Below, piece by piece: positions 22,491 through 34,789 of a DNA stretch of 64,000 nucleotides; positions within the stretch are counted from its first letter, which is position 1, and every line of letters starts with the position of its first letter. The stretch lies in contig OZ076409.1 of NCBI GenBank assembly GCA_964187785.1, positions 70,496,001-70,560,000 of the forward strand. The letters run 5' to 3'. Made by a program: the position numbers and the translations under genes. This DNA comes from Amphiscolops sp. MND2022 (lineage: Eukaryota). The notes beneath the pieces are model-generated. The model made no database searches. It saw only the letters and a list, made by a program, of their open reading frames with translations, and had not been told where the DNA came from.

Positions 22491-25400
22491 GTGGCCGTGT
22501 CTTTTCGACGTGCTTTTGCATTGAGGAGTGGGTAGGGCCCCGCGACGACCTAGAAGAATTGGATGCTCACCGAAACGTGCAGAATTCTACGAGATCTCAT
22601 AGTTTGAGCCATACGATTTTGCTGAAATTTGGCATGTGGCCTGGAATTGGTGAGTAGGTAAAACGTGTAGGAGGTGATTTTTCCCAAATTCCACTGTGAG
22701 ACGAGATATGGGCAAATAACGGTCCCAAAAATGGCAAAAATGCACTTTTTTCAACTTTGTCAGCCCATATCTCGTTCCCAGGTGCCCGGAGCGGGACGCG
22801 TTAAGCTGATTATAAACTCTAGGGTGTTGAGGCTGTACGGGGAAGTCAGGCCCGTTCCGATCGGACTTGTAGTCTTGGAGAAATAACGGTATTTTTGGGG
22901 AACCTTTTCTAACGGTCCAGCTTATCTTTGCCATTTTTTCGAAAATGTACTCGCCTAAAGGCCTCCCCCTGGCCGAATTTACTCCCAGCAAAACCATTTG
23001 GCCCTAAATACGGAGTTTCAGCGTTCCAGCATTCCCGGGCGAAAAGTTGTGGGACTTGGAAAATTTTCAAAAATTTTCAAAAAATTTTTTTTTCGTTTTC
23101 CGGGCCCCCAATGAAGGGGAAACGACCCCCCAACCAGTATTTTGAGTGAATTCATGTGGAAAGCCCTTGTTTTGACGAGAAAAATACCGTTTAGAACATC
23201 TTTTTATCTTGACTCAACGTTGACTTATGACGTTTTGAATGTGATGTAAGGATGTAGGAGGCATGTGAAAAGTTGATGTTTTGAGTCTTTATCTCATATG
23301 AAAGCGGTTGAGATGCAAGCTGTCCTGGTCAAAACGTCTTTCGTTGTAATTTTCCAGTGCACCAATACCCTTTGGTGTCATATAAACATACTTTTCGTCG
23401 ATATATTAACAATTTTAATGTATTTATTCCAATTTTTATTATCTTATAACTCAAAACAGTTGAGTACATTTCATCTCCCTTTCGGGGGAGATGAGAATGT
23501 ACTCGCTAAAGACCTAGCGCCATGACCAAAAGTTTGAAACCCGCGTTTTTTATCTTCTTACAGACTTGTTTTTGTATTTTTTCGGAATTTTTTAAAAATT
23601 AATATACTTGAAATACATTACTTGACTTTACTACTACAATCCCCCTCCAACGTCAACGCCCCCCTGCTTGCATCAACGCCCACCGTCCGTGGGCATGCCG
23701 AGGCATGCCCTTCGACGACGTATGCCAAATGCCCAGTGCCACGCAGTCATTTTCGCTAGGTGGCCGTGTCTTTTCGACGTGCTTTTGCATTGAGGAGTGG
23801 GTAGGGCCCCGCGACGACCTAGAAGAATTGGATGCTCACCGAAACGTGCAGAATTCTACGAGATCTCATAGTTTGAGCCATACGATTTTTCTGAAATTTG
23901 GCATGTGGCCTGGAATTGGTGAGTAGGTAAAACGTGTAGAAGGTAATTTTTCCCAAATTCCACTGTGAGACGAGATATGGGCAAATAACGGTCCCAAAAA
24001 TGGCAAAAATGCACTTTTTTCAACTTTGTCAGCCCATATCTCGTTCCCAGGTGCCCGGAGCGGGACGCGTTGAGCTGATTATAAACTCTAGGGTGTTGAG
24101 GCTGTACGGGGAAGTCAGGCCCGTTCCGATCGGACTTGTAGTCTTGGAGAAATAACGGTATTTTTGGGGAACCTTTTCTAACGGTCCAGCTTATCTTTGC
24201 CATTTTTTCGAAAATGTACTCGCCTAAAGGCCTCCCCCTGGCCGAATTTACTCCCAGCAAAACCATTTGGCCCTAAATACGGAGTTTCAGCGTTCCAGCA
24301 TTCCCGGGCGAAAAGTTGTGGGACTTAGAAAATTTCAAAAATTTTCAAAAAAAATTTTTTTTTGTTATTTGGGCCCCCAAAGTGGGGGAAAGGACCCCCC
24401 AACCATTAATTTGAGTGAATGCATGTGGAAAGCCCTTGTTTTGACGAGAAAAATACCGTTTAGAACATCTTTTTATCTTGACTCAACGTTGACTTATGAC
24501 GTTTTGAATGTGATGTAAGGATGTAGGAGGCATGTGATAAGTTGATGTTTTGAGTCTTTATCTCATATGAAAGCGGTTGAGATGCAAGCTGTCCTGCTCA
24601 AAACGTCTTTCGTTGTGATTTTCCAGTGCACCAATACCCTTTGATGTCATATAAACATACTTTTTGTCGATATATTAACAATTTTAATGTATTTATTCCA
24701 ATTTTTATTATCTTATAACTCAAAACAGTTGAGTACATTTCATCTCCCTTTCGGGGGAGATGAGAATGTACTCGCTAAAGACCTAGCGCCATGACCAAAA
24801 GTTTGAAACCCACGTTTTTTTATCTTCTTACAGACTTGTTTTTGTATTTTTTCGGAATTTTTTAAAAATTAATATACTTGAAATACATTACTTGACTTTA
24901 CTACTACAACCCACCTCCAACGACAACACCCCCCTGCTTGCATCAACGCCCACCGTCCGTGGGCATGCCGAGGCATGCCCTTCGACGACGTATGCCAAAT
25001 GCCCAGTGCCACGCAGTCATTATCGCTAGGTGGCCGTGTCTTTTCGACGTGCTTTTGCATTGAGGAGTGGGTAGGGCCCCGCGACGACCTAGAAGAATTG
25101 GATGCTCACCGAAACGTGCAGAATTCTACGAGATCTCATAGTTTGAGCCATACGATTTTTCTGAAATTTGGCATGTGGCCTGGAATTGGTGAGTAGGTAA
25201 AACGTGTAGGAGGTGATTTTTCCCAAATTCCACTGTGAGACGAGATATGGGCAAATAACGGTCCCAAAAATGGCAAAAATGCACTTTTTTCAAGTTTGTC
25301 AGCCAATATCTCTTTTCCAGGTGCCCGGAGCGGGACGCGTTAAGCTGATTATAAACTCTAGGGTGTTGAGGCTGTACGGGGAAGTCAGGCCCGTTCCGAT

Positions 25401-27566
25401 CCGACTTGTAGTCTTGGAGAAATAACGGTATTTTTGGGGAACCTTTTCTAACGGTCCAGCTTATCTTTGCCATTTTTTCGAAAATGTACTCGCCTAAAGG
25501 CCTCCCCCTGGCCGAATTTACTCCCAGCAAAACCATTTGGCCCTAAATACGGAGTTTCAGCGTTCCAGCATTCCCGGGCGAAAAGTTGTGGGACTTAGAA
25601 AAATTTCAAAAATTTTCAAAAAATTTTTTTTCCGTTTTCCGCCCTCCCCCCCGAGGGGAAAAGACCCCCCAACCAGTAATTTGAGTGAATGCATGTCAAA
25701 AGCCCTTGTTTTGACGAGAAAAATACCGTTTAGAACATCTTTTTATCTTGACTCAACGTTGACTTATGACGTTTTGAATGTGATGTAAGGATGTAGGAGG
25801 CATGTGATAAGTTGATGTTTTGAGTCTTTATCTCATATGAAAGCGGTTGAGATGCAAGCTGTCCTGCTCAAAACGTCTTTCGTTGTAATTTTCCAGTGCA
25901 CCAATACCCTTTGGTGTCATATAAACATACTTTTTGTCGATATATTAACAATTTTAATGTATTTATTCCAATTTTTATTATCTTATAACTCAAAACAGTT
26001 GAGTACATTTCATCTCCCTTTCGGGGGAGATGAGAATGTACTCGCTAAAGACGTAGCGCCATGACCAAAAGTTTGAAATCCACGTTTTTTATCTTCTTTC
26101 AGACTTGTTTTTGTATTTTTTCGGAATTTTTTAAAAATTAATATACTTGAAATACATTACTTGACTTTACTACTACAATCCACCTCCAACGTCAACGCCC
26201 CCCTGCTTGCATCAACGCCCACCGTCCGTGGGCATGCCGAGGCATGCCCTTCGACGACGTATGCCAAATGCCCAGTGCCACGCAGTCATTATCGCTAGGT
26301 GGCCGTGTCTTTTCGACGTGCTTTTGCATTGAGGAGTGGGTAGGGCCCCGCGACGACCTAGAAGAATTGGATGCTCACCGAAACGTGCAGAATTCTACGA
26401 GATCTCATAGTTTGAGCCATACGATTTTTCTGAAATTTGGCATGTGGCCTGGAATTGGTGAGTAGGTAAAACGTGTAGAAGGTAATTTTTCCCAAATTCC
26501 ACTGTGAGACGAGATATGGGCAAATAACGGTCCCAAAAATGGCAAAAATGCACTTTTTTCAACTTTGTCAGCCCATATCTCGTTCCCAGGTGCCCGGAGC
26601 GGGACGCGTTAAGCTGATTATAAACTCTAGGGTGTTGAGGCTGTACGGGGAAGTCAGGCCCGTTCCGATCGGACTTGTAGTCTTGGAGAAATAACGGTAT
26701 TTTTGGGGAACCTTTTCTAACGGTCCAGCTTATCTTTGCCATTTTTTCGAAAATGTACAAGCCTAAAGGCCTCCCCCTGGCCGAATTTACTCCCAGCAAA
26801 ACCATTTGGCCCTAAATACGGAGTTTCAGCGTTCCAGCATTCCCGGGCGAAAAGTTGTGGGACTTGGAAAATTTTCAAAAATTTTCAAAATTTTTTTTTT
26901 CGTTTTCCGGGCCCCCAATGAAGGGGAAACGACCCCCCAACCAGTATTTTGAGTGAATTCATGTGGAAAGCCCTTGTTTTGACGAGAAAAATACCGTTTA
27001 GAACATCTTTTTATCTTGACTCAACGTTGACTTATGACGTTTTGAATGTGATGTAAGGATGTAGGAGGCATGTGATAAGTTGATGTTTTGAGTCTTTATC
27101 TCATATGAAAGCGGTTGAGATGCAAGCTGTCCTGCTCAAAACGTCTTTCGTTGTAATTTTCCAGTGCACCAATACCCTTTGGTGTCATATAAACATACTT
27201 TTTGTCGATATATTAACAATTTTAATGTATTTATTCCAATTTTTATTATCTTATAACTCAAAACAGTTGAGTACATTTCATCTCCCTTTCGGGGGAGATG
27301 AGAATGTACTCGCTAAAGACCTAGCGCCATGACCAAAAGTTTGAAACCCACGTTTTTTATCTTCTTACAGACTTGTTTTTGTATTTTTTCGGAATTTTTT
27401 TAAAATTAATATACTTGAAATACATTACTTGACTTTACTACTACAACCCACCTCCAACGACAACGCCCCCCTGCTTGCATCAACGCCCACCGTCCGTGGG
27501 CATGCCGAGGCATGCCCTTCGACGACGTATGCCAAATGCCCAGTGCCACGCAGTCATTATCGCTAG
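22491..27566 (+). mobile_element. Four short-family units, subfamily B (1269, 1270, 1269, 1268 bp)
   Basis: Start GTGGCCGTGTCTTTTCGACG; near-identical tandem copies; tail GCCAAATGCCCAGTGCCACGCAGTCATT(T/A)TCG-CTAG. Confidence 0.7.
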
Positions 27567-28970
27567 GTGGTCGGGTATTTTTTTTTACTCGTAGATGGCG
27601 TTTGCGAGGCTTTGGGGAGGGCCCCGTGCCGAGCCTGTTCCGAAATTGGCCACATGTAGAAATCTGGCACTAAAATGCGAGATCTCAAAAAGTAGCCGTT
27701 AGAAATGTCTGAAATTTTGCATGTGGCTCAGAATTAATGAGTAATGAAAAAGTGTAGGAGTGAAGGTTGCTGAAAAAATGGTCCTTGTTGCACTTTTTGC
27801 GCAATTTTTGTCTGATTGTTGCGTTTTTTATGTCATTTTCGACTTTTCAAGCAAAAAACTCATGGATGCTTTGTTCCTAGCGCATCAAGTGTGGAGCACG
27901 AAAAGTTGCAGCATCTCCAAGTGCGTATGCTGAGAAAATTTGGTTGCCGTCGGGTTACCCCCCACAGAGCTAGAGGGGTACTTCCGGTTAATTTTGACCC
28001 CCTAAATTAGGTAAACTGCTACTTTTTGTAATGAAGCCGTAGATTTAGCGTGTCCGCACCCTGCTGAAGTTTTTTTAGGCATTTTGAGAGAGACCCAATG
28101 ACATGTGTTCAGTTCACCCCCCATCACCCCCTTGACCGGAAATGAACGTTTTTGTGCACTTTCAGACCGGATGTCTCCATTTTCACCGGTAAGGAGGCCT
28201 TGTACGACCAATTAGCAGGATATCAAAATTGAAGTATAACCCAGGGTCAACCTAATGACCACGTGTTGTCCAGTCATGGGTTTCACTATGACCGGAAATG
28301 GGCTCAAAACCCCACTTTTAAAAGTTTTTTATCAATTTGAATAGTGTTTGGTCCACATTCAGGTGGCGTAAGTCACTTGCACCAGTGTGAGTATTAACTG
28401 CATGTTCCCTGCGTAGACGTAACTGACACTGTCAGATACCGGAAGTAACCCCATGTGACCGGATGTGGTCAATTTTGACCGGAAATGGTCCAAAAACTAG
28501 CGTCAAAGCAGTTTTTCACTACTTTTTAGGGACAATTTTTTTACTTTTTTTCAATCTGAATGCCTCCTTTATACTACCAAAGCTAACATCGTTGCCTGTT
28601 TTGCTAAAGATTTGGCTATTGATTACCTTTATCAACCCCGATAGCCTTCCAAGTTGACCTTGGGTCAATCTTGAAGGCTATCTATACTTAAAACGAAAAA
28701 TCGAGATAAGTTGTTTTCTCCATTACGTTGATAATTTTTCCTTGATGTCAAATTGTTAAGCAAAGACTTTTAAGCAAATAAATGATCTGAATCTTGTTCA
28801 GAGGTCTCACCCTGAGGAAGATTATTTGAGATTGAAGTAAACTGAGAATGAGGTTAGTATTTGTCAACATCAGAGAATCTTATCAACGCCCACCGTCTGT
28901 GGGCATGCCAAGGCATGCCCTTCGACGACGTATGCCAAATAGCGCCACAGGGCGCCCACACTTTTGCTAG
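27567..28970 (+). mobile_element. Singleton hybrid unit F (1404 bp)
   Basis: The 5' part resembles B (GAGATCTCA...CTGAAATTTTGCATGTGGC). The 3' part has A-like GACCGGAAATG motifs and an A-type hairpin at 28640-28682. The palindrome loop is AA instead of GA. Confidence 0.65.
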
Positions 28971-30244
28971 GTGGCCGGGAATTTTTTTTCTGCATTTTTC
29001 TGTCCAATTGGGGGAGGGGCCCCAAGTGGCTGTTATCCGGTTTTACTACCTACCCTAAACACGCTCAAAAAATGACGATCTCGAAAACCACCCCTTAGAT
29101 TTTCCTGAAACTTTGCATACAGGCTTAGAATCAAATCCTAAGAACTATTTCCTACTGGCGTTTTTCTGAATTTTTTCAAAAAGTTGGTCAAAAATGCAAC
29201 AAAAGTTGCCAATGGACATAAAAAACGCAACTTTTCGACTTTGAGGGCTCATAACTTTTTCCAGAGTGCCCGGAGCAATTCGCACAGTAAGAACAATATT
29301 GCTCAGCATTGTTGGAGGAGTGCGTGGACAAATTTGGGGTTGAATTGGATGAAAATTGACTGAGAAATAAACGAAAATTTTGGTGCATTTGTTGCAAATA
29401 CCAGTTTATCTCTGCCATTTTCGCCCAAAATTTTTCCCAGAGCCTTTACAGGAGGCAACCCCTGCCCAAATTCCTGCCGAGCAAACCCATTTGGCCCTAA
29501 ATACGAGGTTTCAGCATTCTAGCATTTGCTGGCAAAAAGTTGTGGGACTCAGAAAAATTTCAAAAAAACGCAAAAATTGTAAAAATTAACTTCTGGCGTC
29601 CCAAAGTCAAAAAACTTTCACACAACTAGTATTGCAAGTGAATGCATGTGGAAAGTACTTGCATAGACGAGAAAAATGGGCTATAGAACGACTCTGTAGC
29701 TTAATCTGACGTTGACTTATGACATTTTGAGTGTGAGCTTCCTATAGGATTTTAATGTCAAAAATGAGATTTTGTAAGTCATGTCTAATCAAAAACTCAT
29801 CGGAATACGTTCAATCATCCCCATAGCTGTTCAATTACAGTGGCTCAGTAGAGCAACGCCATTTAATGTCCTTGGACCCATTTTGAAAATTTTCCTTACC
29901 GTCTTATTCGTCCGATATCACGAAACAGTTGAGTACATTCCATCTCCCCCCTTGTGGGGGAGATGAGAATGTACTCGCCAAACACCTGACACAATGGCCC
30001 ATATTGGTTTTTATTTGACCTTTCTCACGATATTACACACGGATAGCTGTGTTTGGTAAAAGTTTTCCATTGCACCATGTCTCCAGAAGCTAAACCACTT
30101 CTTTAGCCTACTACTTCTACTCAAACATCACTAACGTCAACGCCACATACTCGCATCAACGCCCACCGTCCGTGGGCATGCCGAGGCATGCCCTTCGACG
30201 ACGTATGCCAAATAGCGCCACCTGGCGCCCCCAATTTCCGCTAG
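28971..30244 (+). mobile_element. Short-family unit, subfamily D-like (1274 bp)
   Basis: Starts GTGGCCGGGAATTTTTTT; collinear with but diverged from 17259-18527. Confidence 0.7.
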
Positions 30245-32211
30245 GTGCGTGGGGGAAACCCCAACAAATATATTGGAGGATTCGGGTAGGGTCCTGAATC
30301 CGATTTTAACTCTAATAGCTATCGATAGGAAATCTTGCAAAAATTTCGGGATCTCGTGATCTAACCATAGGATTTTAAAGTTGGAGCGGCCCCCACCAGA
30401 TTTTCCGAAAATTAGCGCCCCCCACCGGGTTCCATACCCCGGAAAATTTTTTTCTGGCCACACGGGCGACCGTTAGGGGGTCATTTTAGGGGTAAAATTC
30501 ATATTGGGCCACATAACTTTTTTTCTGTTGATTTAAAATTTTGGAACCCTGCTAAAAGTTTCTTGACCGTGTTGCAAGGGCTCCGGAGGTCCAAACCAAA
30601 TTTTTCTATCTTGAAGCTATCTCCAAGTACCCCCCCGCTCAAACCGTTATTTTTCCGGAAACGCAGGTTTTTGACCCGGAAGGAGTCGTCTGAGCGCGGG
30701 GTCGTTAGGTGATGTATTGGGGACGGCCTTGAGACGAAGTGGGGGACATGTAGTTTGCCAACCTCAGTTTACCCCCCGGACGGGAAATGACCGTTATATG
30801 AGCGGGAAAATTGCCCCCCTCCACGTTTAACCGCTATTTCCGGTGTGAAGGAGTGGGAGTAGCGCGTCGGGTGCCATATATCAAAAGTAGGTTTAGACAA
30901 GGATCTATCGGAAACATGTGGTTTGGGACCCCCTGGACCAACCCGTTAGCAGGAAATGGGGCTTCCGGCCCGTTTTTTTACGGTTAAAAACGGAAAATGG
31001 GCATTGAGGGGTAAATATCTCGTGAACGCGTGGAGCTACGGTGTCCTTCACTACTACAAGGTTTCATACCCATGATATGGTGCCTTCAGGGGGGCAAACA
31101 GATTTCCGCTATCTATCACCGTTACGGACTTGGCCCCCCAGCCGAACCGTTAAGTGACCGGAAATGTCATATTTTGAGCCCAAAGGGTCGGTCCCAGCCA
31201 GGGAACGTTAGGTAACTTATTGTAGTACTCATTGAGACGAGTTGGGGGACATAGTTTCAGTCACCCCCCGTTACCCCTTAAGACCGGAAATGACCGTTAT
31301 GTGAGTAAATTTGCCGTTTTTGTCCTATTTGAAGGGCATTTAGATGCGGAAGGAGTGGTAATAGGTGCTTGGACACTATATGAGGTAAGGAAGGATATGA
31401 GGCGAGCATTCGGAAATAACCGTTATGTTGACCCCAAAAGTACCCCTGGTACCGTAAACGACCGGAAATGGTCAAATTTTCTGTTTATAGGGTACAAATG
31501 TTTGGTATTTTGTAGATAAAAGTACCTATTAGGTGTTTCGACGGTCTGCAGTAGTGAACATAGTCATGAAACCTTGTGGGGGGTAACGGTATATAGCACC
31601 GGAAGTCCAAACCGTTGGAGACAGGATAGGTTTTTTGGTTTTAAAATGTCTTTCGGCGTACTTTTGTCGACTATTAAGGACTACTTTTAAAAATTAAAGT
31701 TTTTCCATATAGTTTTAGAGACTCCGAAACCTCAACCAACATAACCGTTACCTCATGATAGCCTTTCAAGTTGGCCTGGTGTCAACTTGGAAGGGCTATC
31801 CTTCAAAAATCGTCAATCAAGTGTGTTTTTGGGTATGTTTGTATCATTTTAGAATCAAATAGAGCTTCAAGAAAAGTTTGCCAACGACAAAAACTATGTC
31901 GTGATGATTCCGTTATTAGAATAATAGTTAGCAAATTGTTGAGAAAATTGATTTTTTCCATATAAAATGTGTCCTAATTGCCAGGAAACCTATTTAACTA
32001 ACAAATGGTATTGATTGGAATGTATGTAACAGAGTTATAAAAGTTCAAATTGATTATTACGTTTCATTATGGAAGCTGAAACGTAATATTTTAATTAACG
32101 TCAACGCCACACACTTTACATCAACGCCCACCGTCTGTGGGCATGCCGAGGCATGCCCTTCGACGACGTATGGCAAATCCCTTCTAACGACGCCCGTACA
32201 TCCCGGGCTAG
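30245..32211 (+). mobile_element. One A-family unit (1967 bp)
   Basis: Collinear with other A units; flanked by D-like and E units at CTAGGTG junctions. Confidence 0.7.
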
Positions 32212-34789
32212 GTGCCGGGATTTCTATTCGATAAAGTATGTGGCGCGCCTTGGGTAGGGTCCCTTGCGCGCTTTTGGGTATGGTGTTCACCAGCTAGGAA
32301 ATAGGGGTCGATTTTTCGGGATCTCCTAAACTAGCCACACGATTTGGCTGAAATTTGGCACACGTACTCCCCTCGGCACGGTGAAGATGATTTCCTACTG
32401 ACGTTTTTCCCGCAAAATTTTTTTTGTTGTCCAAAATAACGGTTTTTGGGGGAAAATTTTGAACTTTTTTTAAATTTCATCTTATATCTCGCCACGGGTT
32501 TACGCTAGCGCTTCAAAACCCTGCTAAAGAAAGCTTGCAAACTGTCTCAGGAATGCGGTGTGAAATTTTCAGCTCAATCGGACTCAAACTCGGGGAGATA
32601 TAGCGTTTTTCCGGAGCGGGGGGGTTTCATTTTTCTAACGGTCCAGTTTATCTTTGCCATTTTTTCGAAAATGCACTCGCCTAAAGGCCTCCCCTGGCCG
32701 GTTTTATTCCCAGCAAAACCATTTGGCCCTAAATACGGAGTTTCAGCGTTCCAGCATTCCCGGGCGAAAAGTTGTGGGACTTAGAAAATTTCAAAAATTT
32801 TCAAAAATTTTTTTTTCCGTTATTTGGGCCCCCGAAGTGGGGGAAAAGACCCCCCAACAAGTAAAGCAAGTGAATGCATGTGCAAAGCCCTTGTTTAGAG
32901 GAGAAAAATGCCGTTTAGAACGTCTTTTTATCTTGGCTCAACGTTGACTTATGACGTTTTGAAGGTGATGTTTGGAGGTGTAAAGCACGTGAATAGTAAA
33001 CGTTATGAGTATTTATCTGATCTGAAAGCCATTGAGATGCAATATGGTTTGCTCAAAACGTAATTCATGGCAGTTTGGCAATCAATCAACACCCTTTGTT
33101 GTCGTTTGACATACTTTTTTGTTGTTATAATAAAAAATTTTGTGTATTTATTCATTTTTTTCTCATCAAATAACTTGAAACAGTTGAGTACATTCCATCC
33201 CCCCCTTCCGGGGGAGATGAGAATGTACTCGCAAAAAGCACCGAACTACGGCCCTTACCTTCCCGAGCTACGCAGTATAAGGATTACATATTGGTTCCGA
33301 CATTTTCATAGAGTTAAATCTTGGTAATCTGTCTGGATATGCAGAAAAATCAGCACGTGCCTTTTAATACCAAGTTGCTCACAACGACATTTATTTTATA
33401 TCAACGCCCCCATATTTATCAACGCCCCCCGTCCGTGGGCATGCCGAGGCATGCCCTTCGACGACGTATACCAAGATATGTTCGAGCGCGTTAGCCTAGG
33501 TGCCGGGATTTCTATTCGATAAAGTATGTGGCGCGCCTTGGGTAGGGTCCCTTGCGCGCTCTTGGGTATTGTGTTCACCAGCTAGGAAATAGGGGTCGAT
33601 TTTTCGGGATCTCCTAAACTAGCCACACGATTTGGCTGAAATTTGGCACACGTACTCCCCTCGGCATGGTGAAGATGATTTCCTACTAGCGTTTTGCTCG
33701 CAAAATTTTTTTTGTTGTCCAAAATAACGGTTTTTGGTGGAAAATTTTGAACTTTTTTTAAATTTCATCTTATATCTCGCCACGGGTTTACGCTAGCGCT
33801 TCAAAACCCTGCTAAAGAAAGCTTGCAAACTGTCTCAGGAATGCGGTGTGAAATTTTCAGCACAATCGGACTTAAACTCAAGGAGATATAGCGTTTTTCC
33901 GGAGCGGGGGGGTTTCATTTTTCTAACGGTCCAGCTTATCTTAGCCATTTTTTCGAAAATGTACTCGCCTAAAGACCTCCCCTGGCCAGTTTTATTCCCA
34001 GCAAAACCATTTGGCCCCAAATACGGAGTTTCAGCGTTCCAGCATTCCCGGGCGAAAAGTTGTGGGACTTAGAAAAATTCAAAAATTTTCAAAAAATTTT
34101 TTTTCTGTTTTCCGCCCTCCCCCCCGAGGGGAAAAGACCCCCCAACCAGTAATTTGAGTGAATTCATGTGGAAAGGCCATGTTTAGAGGAGAAAAATCCC
34201 GTTTAAATCGTCTTTTTATCTTTATTCAACGTTGACTTATGACGTTTTGAAGGTGATGTTTGGAAGGTGTGAAGCACGTGAAAAGTAAACGTTATGAGTA
34301 TTTATCTGATCTGAAAGCCATTGAGATGCAATCTGTTTTGCTCAAAACGTAACTCATATCAGTTTGGTAGTCAATCAACACCCTTTGTTGTCGTTTGACA
34401 TCTTTTTTTGTTGATATAAGAAAAAATTTCGTGTATTTATTCATTTTTTTCTCATCAAATAACTTGAAACAGTTGAGTACATTCCATCCCCCCTTCACGG
34501 GGGAGATGAGAATGTACTCGCAAAAAGCCCCAAACTACGGCCCTTACCTTCCCGAGCTACGCAGTATAAAGATTGCATATTGGTTCCGACATTTTGATAG
34601 AGTTATATCTTGGTAATCTGTCTGGGTATGCAGAAAAACCAGCACGTGCTTTTTTATACCAAGTTGCTCACAACGACATTTATTTTATATCAACGCCCCC
34701 ATATTTATCAACGCCCCCCGTCCGTGGGCATGCCGAGGCATGCCCTTCGACGACGTGCACCAAGATATACTTCGAGCGCGTTAGCCTAG
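32212..34789 (+). mobile_element. Two short-family units, subfamily E (1288, 1290 bp)
   Basis: Start GTGCCGGGATTTCTATTCGATAAAG (like C); end TTCGAGCGCGTTAGC-CTAG; short-family hairpin present. Confidence 0.7.

Noticed and set aside
22491..27566. Assembly artefact duplicating units
   Set aside because: Neighbouring copies differ by multiple substitutions and block swaps. This is unlikely to be pure artefact, though long reads should confirm the order.
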